Below, in pieces: positions 11,669 to 22,800 of a DNA stretch of 64,000 nt. This DNA comes from Octopus bimaculoides (taxonomy: Eukaryota), in contig NC_068990.1 of NCBI RefSeq assembly GCF_001194135.2, positions 92,734,561 through 92,798,560 of the forward strand. Direction: 5' to 3'. A program made the translations under genes and the position numbers. The notes beneath the pieces were generated by a model. The model made no database searches, was not told the origin of the DNA, and worked only from the letters and a program-made list of their open reading frames with translations. The first letter of the stretch is position 1. Each line of letters starts with the position of its first letter.

Positions 11669-12733
11669 TTACAAGTTCGTTTTTTCTTCTGTGGTGGACC
11701 CTCTTCTGTGTCGTGATTCCTGAACCGAACTTCTAAGTTTTCTCTTTCTTGCAGACAATTTCCCGGTCCCTTTAACGACCGGTTTGGGCCTTTTGTCATA
11801 TTTTGCATCCTGGAATATTCGTCGTAACTTTTCATAGTCTGGTTCTTCGTCGTATTTTAGTTTTTCAATAGTTTTGAAGTAAGTTTTTAAAGTTTCAAAT
11901 GGAATTTTTGAAAGATTCTTTAATAGCACTTCCTTCTCATGTTTCACTTGTTCTTTATTTTCCAAGTATTTCTCCCAAGGTAAACTCCCTGTAAGCCATT
12001 CATACATACAGAATCCCAAAATTTGGAAATCTCCTCTTCGAGATGGATCAGCACCTTCATGAGCATCCAGACTCGTATATAACAACGTTCCATTATGAGC
12101 TTTCTTCTTCTCTGGTTTATACACCTTGTGTTTGCCATTTAGAAATATCTTCGCAGCCAGACCATAGTCTATCAGATATACCTTATCTATTTTATTACTA
12201 TCTGCAGCAAATAATATATTACCGGCTTTCAGGTCGGCGTGGACGTAGCCATGGTGGTGGATACACTCTAAAGCATCTATCATTTGTTTGGCAACACAAT
12301 AAACTGTAGATTCGTCGAGATTAGATCCATTTTCTTCCAAAAATGTCTGGAGATTTTTACCGTATTTAGGTATAATTATGAATCGATAGTCCTTGTCTTT
12401 ATATTCATGTATGCCGTTTGCTATGAATTCCGGTATGGCAAGATGAGCCAAACGTTTACCTTTTAGATAATCTTGTATAATATTTGGTCTGGCAATCGTC
12501 TGTAAAGCATGGAATTCATTAAAGAGTGGGCCGTTACCAATGGGTTCGACTTTAGCAACACATTCTTTGGCCTGTGAAGAAGCAACTTGTCTAGCTGTGT
12601 AAATTAAACCAAAACCGCCGAAACCAATCTTTTTTATAATGGAATATCTCCTTCTATCAACAGACTCTAAGATCTCACTTGCTGGAAATTCTGTTGCATG
12701 TCTGTATCCTTTTGCCACGTGAACCTTCTTCAT
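11669..12733 (-). CDS. VRK1: Vaccinia-related Ser/Thr kinase, copy 2; intronless CDS, 354 aa
   Basis: Same intact motifs as copy 1 (GFGGFG, VAKVEP, HADLKAGN, DYG, SRRGD). Paralog of 3762-4832 with a different N-terminus, hinge and C-terminal tail. VRK1-like only. Confidence 0.93.
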   Translation of the reverse strand: MKKVHVAKGYRHATEFPASEILESVDRRRYSIIKKIGFGGFGLIYTARQVASSQAKECVAKVEPIGNGPLFNEFHALQTIARPNIIQDYLKGKRLAHLAIPEFIANGIHEYKDKDYRFIIIPKYGKNLQTFLEENGSNLDESTVYCVAKQMIDALECIHHHGYVHADLKAGNILFAADSNKIDKVYLIDYGLAAKIFLNGKHKVYKPEKKKAHNGTLLYTSLDAHEGADPSRRGDFQILGFCMYEWLTGSLPWEKYLENKEQVKHEKEVLLKNLSKIPFETLKTYFKTIEKLKYDEEPDYEKLRRIFQDAKYDKRPKPVVKGTGKLSARKRKLRSSVQESRHRRGSTTEEKTNL

Positions 12734-13929
12734 TTTGACTTAATCGTTAGTCGTCTCTGGCCTGACTAATTACTGTGAATCGTGGTCACATTTTTCACAC
12801 AGAAAATACTTCCGGGAAAGTAAAATAAATAAATAAAATTCAGGTTATTTCGCTTTACTTTTTAATATTATTTTCGTATCTTTCTGATTTCTTCTCCACT
12901 CTTGTAGTGTCAACTTCGAAATTCTCTAAAGACGGGGTTGCCAATTCAGCACCTATTTTAGTCTTGCCAGAAGACCCAAACTTTTACACAACCAAGAACC
13001 CCTTTTATTCAAATGAATTCTTCCATAGATTCCAAGCTTTTGAAAGTAAAGTTACATGTCATTACGTACATATGACTGACTGCAGCATTTTGTGCCGTAT
13101 CCTGTAACTTGTTTGTAGTGAAAGAAGTACAAGAAGCCGCATGATAAATTGGCGTAAATTTCGTATCTGTTGATTTCATTTGTACTGTTCATTAACGCCA
13201 AATTTCAGGTTGATATTGATTAATGTTATATGAGAAACACGGATGATTATTTATTTATTTAATTTATATCATAAAGCTATTTTATTTTATTTTTTGGCTG
13301 AATATGGCGGAAGGGGCGGAGACCATGCTTGTTGTTGCAGGCCTTCCAACAATGGTGAGATCGATGGCGTTAATGCAGGACCAGGTTTAAACCACAGGGG
13401 GCCAAGGGCACTTCAAATTCAGTAAGCCCCTCATACACAAGAATTAAAATCTTGGAAAATTGGCTCTAATTTAAATCTCAAAACCCATCTATTGCATCTA
13501 ATTGAATTTGATGAGTTAGCAGAGAAAGTTTAAATAAACGACTGAAAACGTCACTTCATAGATACACTTTTCGAAATTCGAATTTTTCCCCACTCACCTA
13601 TCCACTTGCAGTGTTTCTTCACTGTGAAAAGCACAATGAAGAAAACAAGAGTAAAAGTTTTTTTCTTTTCTTTAATGCGAGTTAGAATACGATAAAATGA
13701 TTTTTAAAAATTACGAAAAAGAAAAATATATCATTTTAGCAATTGTTCAGTGTGTGTGGTGGTGGGGGCGGAGAGACAAGTATTTAAAAGATATGAATTT
13801 TTTAAAAAACTATTTAAAAATAGTTTCCATTCGTTGTTTTGCAGTGCGTACAAAAAAGAAAAAAAAAAGGAAAATCCTAACAAAAACGAGGAAATTCAAA
13901 CAAATATGAGACAATTATTCCAAAACTAA

Positions 13930-14650
13930 TACCGTGATGCTGTCCTCAGCTCAGTGAGAGAGAAATTCCCACAACTTTACTGCCTTGCATGGCAGGCTTT
14001 CCATTGCAGTCCCTCTCCCATTAGCTTGGTGCTCTCGAGATGCCTCAATCACTGACCTTGCCTTTCAGTCCATCTTGCAGTCAAAGATGGCTGCCCTTGA
14101 GCAATTGCTGAAAAATATTTAAGCTGTCAAAACCCATCAAGGTTTTTTTCATACTTAGGAACTACATCTTGATCCCTAAGCTTCTATATTTACTCAGAGT
14201 CAGCTCATCTTACCGATTCCCATTGTGCCTCCAACGCTTCAACAACCTAATCTTTGAAAGACTCAAATGCTTAGTCAATGTCAGACTCTCTCCAACATTC
14301 CGCATTCAGGCTGCATTGCCCAAGCGATTTGGAGGTCTTGGTCTTCGTAAGTGTTTGTTCCTCTCTCTCTCCTCTGCTTCCTTTCCTCCACTCACACCTG
14401 CTCCACACTAGTGAGCAACATCCTCTCCTCTCTAGCATGGACCAGTTCCAACAGGGAGTTGGATGAAGCTCTCCAACACTGGAGGGAATTGGACTTGTCT
14501 GCTCCTGAGAAGGTGAAGGACTGTTGGAGTCAGAGAGCTTGGGACAACATAATTTCAAAGGCCACCTTTGACTCCCTCTTCATCCAGTCAGACCAGTTTT
14601 CAAGGTGCCGCTTACTGTCTACTATTGCCAAATTTTCTTCTTCAATTCTT
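13930..14650 (+). mobile_element. Decayed CRE/R2-like (RLE-type) non-LTR retrotransposon RT fragment
   Basis: IPKLLYLLR...RIQAALPKRFGGLGLR and downstream SQRAWD...SRCRLLS, typical of the post-RT region of CRE-clade elements; frameshifted. Confidence 0.65.
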
Positions 14651-16169
14651 TGGAATCACATTTGAAAAAAGAAACTCATACACATCAATATCTATTCTTA
14701 TGCACCAGAAAGATCAGAAATTCGACAAAAATTTAAAATCTAGGTCAAATGAAAGACAGTCATGGAAAACTGGCATTATATGAAATAATGGAACTCGACT
14801 AAATCAAAAAAAATTGAACAAAAAATATTCTCTATAGTTTCTTCGTGAACTTCTGGCGTAGCTCTTGGCAGAATTCTTGTTTAAGCATCCCATATAACCC
14901 CACATAACTTTTTTTATTTTTTGGCATTTTTTAAACTTTTTTGCAAGTAAGTGTTCTACATATGAGAATTCATACAACTATGGAAAAAAAAAAATTTTTA
15001 CTTTTGCGAATTAAAAATTAATTTTTATATTTTAATTTCTTTTTTTTTTTTTTTTTCAGTTTAAAATATGGTCAGTCCGAATTTTTGGTTTAAATCCCAG
15101 CAATAGCCCAATAAATGTGTTTATGGAGAAAGCCATTGAAAATTTTTTTTTACTTTTTATAATCAATCACAGTGTTGTGGTTCATTTGCACCTCTTCCCT
15201 ACAGAAAAGGATAATTGTTAGTTATTTCACCAAACCATAAATAACAGTTAAGAGCGTTCTCCATTCGGTTGCACAATTATTGCTGGCTTCAATTTCTTTC
15301 GTTTCGCTAAGTTCACTCGCGCGAGTTCAATATGTTGCTATGGAAATATATTGCAATGCCGACTTCCGGCGTGTCAAAAATGGTTGTATCTGATTGGCTG
15401 AAATTAGAAGAAAAAAAAATTCATTCTTGAAACGTTAATAACATCTTTATTTTTAATTTTCCCAAAAACTGGTTGATTTTCGTTATTAGCATCGAAAATT
15501 ACTCCTGTGTAGAAATTTTAGAAAAACTCAGATCTGTTATGTGAAACCGAACAGATCCCAAACGATTTTATTATTAAAGTCCTGATTTTCATACCTATTC
15601 TTCTTACTTTTTTATTGGGGGATTTAGAACCGACTCTTGCGTTCGATTTGAAGTATGATCCACTTATTCTATATCGAACTACCTACTCATTGTATTATAG
15701 CGTATCTGGTACCTTTTGTTGCATAACTGCTAACTTTAACGTAATTTTCAGGTAAACTCAGAGCAGCATAAGGTTAGGTCTTCGAATCACTGATAGAGGC
15801 ATGTTTCTTTTAGTATGGTTAATACATTCTGTAAAGAAAAGTCACAGTATTTAATGATTTAAAAATCAAACCATATTTATATCGAACAATTTTTACTTTC
15901 TGAAGTAAATTTGTAACTACAAAACACGAGAAATTGTAGAATTTTACGAGAATTTTTATGTCTTTTTAGTAATCCTACGCACTATTATTTATTGACTCTT
16001 AAAATTAAACCCTCATAAGTATATTTTAACTTCACTACTTATTTGAACTGAAAATCTTCAAATAAAAAAATTTCTTTAGATATAAAAGACAAGGAAAGAA
16101 TCATGTTAAGATTTTGGAAGAGAAATTTCAGACGATAAAATATATTCGTACATTTCCGTAAATACTATA

Positions 16170-16480
16170 TTACTAGCTTGACGTTGGTTGCCGAAATCTA
16201 ACGAAAATTTTCGTCAGCAATCGACATGTAGTTGGAAAGACGCAATATTGTGTGTCCGATGTGAGGAGGGGTAGCAGTAACAGCATGTAACTGCATAGAG
16301 AGAGGGAAATAAAAAAAGAGTGTAAGTGCGAGAAAGAGAGGAAGGGAGGAGATAATAATGAGTGAGAGGAGGAGGGAAACGTGAAAAATGTGAAGCGGTG
16401 AGAACAGAAGTAAAACATTATTTATTGTAAGAAATTCACTGTGCAAAGACGAAATTATTTAACTGTAAGGGATTCGCAGG
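16170..16480 (+). promoter_or_regulatory. Candidate promoter / non-coding first exon of CHID1
   Basis: CpG-rich patch ending in a donor (ttcgcag|gtatgt at 16480). CHID1 coding exon 1 has an acceptor at 19839, 21 nt before the ATG, so an upstream UTR exon is likely. Another candidate donor lies near 17273. Confidence 0.3.
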
Positions 16481-16575
16481 TATGTGATTTTATTAAAATA
16501 AAGATATTAATAATCAGACAAGAAAAGAAGCAAACTAGATCTTGTATTAAACATTTGAAAGAGACTATGTATAAA

Positions 16576-16615
<40 letters not shown>

Positions 16616-18138
16616 TGGAAATGAGGCATGTATGCATAGTGAAAGTCAGATATATATATATATATATACATATATGTTTGTGTGATGTATGTGTGTGTTG
16701 GAGGAGGGAGAGAAACAAAGATATATTGATAGAGTTTTTAGAAGGCGGGAAATTTTATTTCTTTCACCGGTTGCTTTCATCTGAACGACGTGGCTACTTC
16801 ATAAACAACAAATGTTGATGACTGAAATTTATCTTTATGATCATCGGTTAGATATATTTGCTCTACGATCGACACATTCAACCTAACGTACGTTGATAAC
16901 CCTTCGATTGAAGTACAAAGCTTGTCTGTAATGTAGACCACATGCATCTGAATCTTTGGTGACATAGGAAAATAGATCTGACAGTTTATATATGTGTATA
17001 TAGTTTTATTATTATTAATCGGTAGAAATTAGTGACTCACAAGTTGAGAATTTCTTTTGTTAAGTGTTAATGCACTAAACTCTCAGTCCTTTAGTCTAAC
17101 TTCTATCGATTAATAATAATTATTATATATACAATTGTCGAATGTACATAAACAACGACCTCCTGTACAAAACAAGGAGATCGCATAGAAATGACACGCT
17201 GCACTCCCCGAATGTTTACAAAAATTCTTAAGCATGGTGTTGTCTTAGTGTTTATAAATATATTGTAAAACGGTAATTAAGTCATTTTAATTAGCTTAAA
17301 TAATCTCAGGTTCGTTTGCTCATAAAGTATTATGTCTACTCTATACGTGTGAATCTCCGAATGTCTGACAAAATTCCAAGATGTATTGTTCCGTGTCTAT
17401 AAAATTACATCTTAAAACGGGAATTAACTCAGTATGATTTATTTGCAAATTGATGGAAGTAGCATGTATCTTTATTAGTCTCTTTCGATTCATAAAGGAG
17501 GTTGTTGATATACATGTTCGACAACTTGGCCACCCCATCATACACACGTACGTGTGTATTATATCTGTATGGTGCAACAACGGGACACATCCATTATCTG
17601 TTGAATATGTTAACTATACACGAAAATATATCATGTATATATATATATATATATATNNNNNNNNNNNNNNNNNNNNNNNNNNNNNNNNNNNNNNNNNNNN
17701 NNNNNNNNNNNNNNNNNNNNNNNNNNNNNNNNACTAAGGGGGCCCATCCGCAACTACAATGCTATCATTTGATTTTTTTTTTTTAATTATTCTTTTCAAC
17801 TGTCTACAGACACAGCCAGGCTGAAATGATTAATGCATTCCTCCAGGAGTGAATAAAAAATTCTCAGGGGCCCCCGTATATGGATTCTAATGGTACGGGG
17901 CCTATTTGCCATTGGGCAAGCTGGCAACCTGTCCAGTCCGCCAAAAAAAAAACAACGATGCGAGTACGTGGTACATGTAAAGTATTAGCAGACGCTCAGG
18001 GAAGGAAAGAAAGGTGGTTTTACGTTTCGAGCAAAACTCTTCTTCAGAGACAGGAAAGTCCAAGAGAAAAGGAAGACGGAGGGGGAAAAAATCGCCGACG
18101 ATTCACATGTGGTTACATTTTGTATATATACATATATA

Positions 18139-18171
<33 letters not shown>

Positions 18172-19860
18172 TGTGTGCAGGATGGGAGAGACATCTGAAA
18201 GAGCTTCTTGTTGACTTTGGAGCAAGAGAGAGGAGTTAAGCTGGAAGCCAGGAGGAGATGAGCAGTGATTTGGCCATCTCTACTGACCCACCGATGGGAG
18301 AGTGTTATGGTCTAGGATCGAAACACCTGATGAATGTTAGATACCATCTGATGACATCAGTTCCTCCTGGGCAAAAAAAAAAACCCATTCACTTCTGTCA
18401 GTGGAAAAAGCACCTCCTTCTAGGTGTTATTCACACACACGAAAGAAAGTAAGAAAATGGAGATATAGCATTTAATAAAAATTTATTATCTGCAAAAATT
18501 TTTATCAAATGTTTTATCTCCATTTTCTTTGTTTCTTTTGAATGATCACAAACTGTGATTAAAATATAAACCTATTGTTTTATGAATATTATTATTCACA
18601 ACAAATATTAGGTATTGAACCACTAATTCATTGGATGACACCATCCCTTAATGAGGTTAATTTAACCTCTAACTGAATATATATATATATATATCAAAGG
18701 GAAATAGTGAGTTTAAATCTCACTGGAATCAACTTAGCCTTTCATCGTAAAAATTAGTCATAAGTCAAGTACAAGGGTCAGTAGCATTGATTTACTCCTC
18801 ACCTCAAAATTGTTGACCTTATTCCTCTATTAGAAACCATTGCTGTTATTGTACATGTGTGTGATAGACATAAGGACCCAGTAATAATAATGGTTTATAA
18901 GCCCTTTCTTGTTCTAATGGAATATAGCCTGACCTATGTAGACAGCCTGTATGCTGGTAATTATTATATTTAGTAACTTGTAATAAAATCTTTTCCTTGT
19001 CACTATGGTAATTGTTCTCTACATAAAAATGTCATAATAACAGCTGCAATAATAGTGATTCTTGGGTATATAATGGTTTAATTGTCAGTTAGAGTTACGC
19101 AAGCCTATGTTCACCAACATACAGTGTGTTTGTATCACATCATTGCATTGTATTCTGTTTGTTTGTTTATTACATTTTACTGTTGCTGATTATTTTGATT
19201 TATTATAAGGCACGAGCTGGCAAAAATGGTTAGCACAGCAGACGAAGGACTTCGAGGCATTTCTTCAGGCTCTTCGCATTCTGAGTTCAAATCTGACCAA
19301 AATCAATTTTGCTTTTTATTTTTTCAATGTTGGTACAATTAAATACAAGTCAAGTAATGGGATTGATGTGACTGACTTGACCCCTTCCCCACCAGAATTG
19401 CTGGTATTATGCAAAGACTTATAATATATTGCCATTCATTATGATTTGCAAACCTGGGTACCAAACTATTAATCTGTTAATTGTTAATTAACGAGGTTAA
19501 CTTTGGAAATCATTATTGGACTAATTAACTTCCGTTAACTGAAGTCAATTTGAGTTCACTTCAATTTAATTGAAGTTAACAGATTTAAGTGTTTTCAAGT
19601 GGTTTTAGAACAAAAACTGACTTGGTGGGGGGGGGGTGTTCTATAAGAAAAATTAATGTTAGCAGTTTATTAATAATTTCTGTTCCATTAGGAAATAATT
19701 AACTGATTAGCAGTTGTCAAAGTTAACTTTTTGGTTAATGGTGAATGAAATTAACTTTTCGATTAATGATGCTCACCTTTGATGATTTGTTAATGTATAA
19801 TTGCAGTGTGTTGTTATGTTTTCTACTTCAATGTTTCAGTGACACCTCAAGGGAGACAGC

Positions 19861-22800
19861 ATGAAGCATTTTCTGCTTCTCTATGTGACCATAGTATGCC
19901 TACTTTCGCCTGTGTTTGCAACATTATCACAGAGTGACAAGAAGAAGAAGAAGCCAAAAGAAGTAAAAGTAAGATTATCTCTTTGCAAAGTTTGAATTGT
20001 GAGGGAGTAAAATTGTTACACTAGTTCTTAAGAACTGGTACTAAGGGACCGGTTGTATGGTTTGAAAGTAGAACCTTTTGAAAACTGGGGATAGAAAGTG
20101 TTTGTAATAATGTCTGAAAGATTTTGACTTGTCTCAGAAATTTTACTAAGGCCATAACTCATACATGTTGTATATGCAGTAGAGATATGAGCATGACTGT
20201 GTAGTGGATTTGATCTCCTGGCTTGGCATCTTGTGTAAGTGCTTGCAGCTCTAGCCTTGCATTGACCAATGTGTCTTGTGAGTGGAATCTGGTAGATAGA
20301 AACGGGAAGTTTGTGTGTGTGTGTGTATATTTAGATATATATTTTTATATGTATCTTTTAATCTTTCATTTTTTTGTTTCAGGCATTTGACTGCGGCTAT
20401 GCTGGTGCACCGCCTTTAGTCAAACAAATCAACCCCAGGACTTACTCTTTGTAAGCCTAGTGCTTATTGTATCGGTCTCTTTTGCCGAACAGCTAAGTTA
20501 CTGGGAGGTAAACACACCAACATCAGTTGTCAAGTGATGGTAGGATTCACCAAGGATTAGTTCTCAGCCCCCTCTTGTTTATCTTAGTCTTCCAGGCCTT
20601 AACAGAGGAATTCAAGACTAGATGCCCCTGGGAGCTCTTTTATGCTGATGACCTTGTTCATATAGTTGAATCACTACCTGACCTAGAGGAGAAATTTCAG
20701 GTGTGGAAGCAAGGCCTGGAATCAAAGAGCTTTAGAGTTAATTTAACAAAAAGCAAAGTCAAAGACAGACAAATCACAAAGCCCTTCAGGGAAATGGTCC
20801 TGCTTGATATGTAAGAAAGATGTTGGTAGAAATTCCATGTGTTGTACCCAGTGCAAGCTTTGGACACCAAAGGTGTAGTGTTATCACAGGAAGATTAACA
20901 GAGAACTTTGCATGTGGAAAATGTTTGGGTACAATAAGCACTAAAAATATGCAGACGATAGACTTCCTCAAATGGGTGGGTGGGTGGAGGGCCCTTAGAA
21001 GTAGTAGATAGTTTCTGTTACCTAGGAGACCAAGTTAGCAGTGGAGGAGGAAGTTCTGAAAGTGTAGTTGCTAGGACAAGAACAGGCTGGGCGAAGTCAA
21101 GAGAGTTTCTACTTTTGTTGGTAACTAAGGGCCTCTCCCTCAGAATGAAAGGTAGATTGTATGATGCCTGCGTATGTACAGCTATGCTACATGGTAGTGA
21201 AACATAGGCTTTGACTACCGAGAACTTGCAGAGGCTTGAAAAAAATGAAGCTAGCATACTCTGCTGGATGGGTAACGGCAGTGTGCATGAGAGAGTGTAA
21301 ATGATTTAAGAGGATAACCTTAGTTGTGTTCTGTTTGAATCACTAGAAATGAATGAATGCACCCTCATCACCATCACAGTCTGGGTAATCCCTTGTTGGC
21401 TAAAGTTTTGAATTCAGTAACATTTCTGTTAAAATATTGTTCACGTAACAGTGACCTTTATGTACACCATTGTTCGATGTTTTATTTTACTGACTCTCTG
21501 CCTCTCTCTCTCTATCTCTCTCTGAAACAACCAATATCCATTTTGCTGTATAATCTCACCTGTGCGTCCATCTTTCAGCCTAAACTCTCTGATAAAACAG
21601 TCATACAACGAGGTCTTGTCACTGAACAGGTGAAAGCGAAAGACATAATCAAAGAACATGGTATCTATTGCGACACAAGACGTGAAGTTAAGAATTTCCG
21701 TGGAGAAACTTTGGCCTATGTTACACCAGTTAGTCATCTTAACTACTTTCCATGGTTGTTTGCACTTGAATTATTGTTTCATTGTTTAATTTTTTCTTGA
21801 CCAGTCTTTTGTGCATTTCAGTTAATTTATAAAATAATTGAAAATTTCTGAGAGATTTCTTTCTTTAACATATAAGATATTGTCTGAAAAATACTATTAG
21901 AAAATACAAATGTATATTGGTAAATTATGATATTAAGATGGTGTTTGGATCCAAACTTAAAAGAGAAATATATTTATACAAAGCATTTGGGCTAAATTTG
22001 ACAGTTTGCATAAAAGGGAAAGACAACACAATATCCAAAAATAAAACAATTTGAGAAAATCAAAAAATATCAACAAAATTATGGCTGGGAACTAACAGTC
22101 TATTCAATGTAGCCACATCCAGCTTCCGCCCTGGCTTCAAGACAACTCCAGAACTTGGTGCATGCATTCCTTATTGTGTCCCTGGAAAGATCTTTGAAAA
22201 ACTCCTCGATCTTGGCCGCCAGTTTAACCTTGGTGTTGCAGAGTAGTTAGTTTCTTTCACAACTGCACCCCACACATGGTAATCCATGGGATTATAATCA
22301 GGGAAATTAGGGAGCCAGTGAAGTCAGAAATTCTCCAACAACAACTTCTGACACCTTTCTAGAGGTATAGCAAGGAGTCAAATCCTACTGCTATACATGG
22401 CCTTCCAGCAGTAACCCCCTCCAGCCAGACTTTGACCAGTCTCCAGCTGTTTGGCATGGACATTTGATGAAGATGCAATCAGAATGGCTTCACAATGTTG
22501 TTGCAACTGTCCATGTCATGGCTTACAGCCTTTACAATGTTCACAGAGCATTGAGCAGCAGTTTATCAAAGTTGGCATTTTGATGGTCAGTGTGAATCAT
22601 CATGATACATGTAACCCTTATTCAAATGGATTCCAGTCTTCCATGTCAACTAACTTTTTCTTCAACTTCAAAATCTTTATGCTCAAAAATACCTTAGGAA
22701 TGAGAACCCAGGTTCGGAATTTCCCCAAGACATCTGATGAAGGCTGGAGGGTATGTCAGCCAAAACATTGTGTTAACACCAAACAAGATGAGGACAAATA

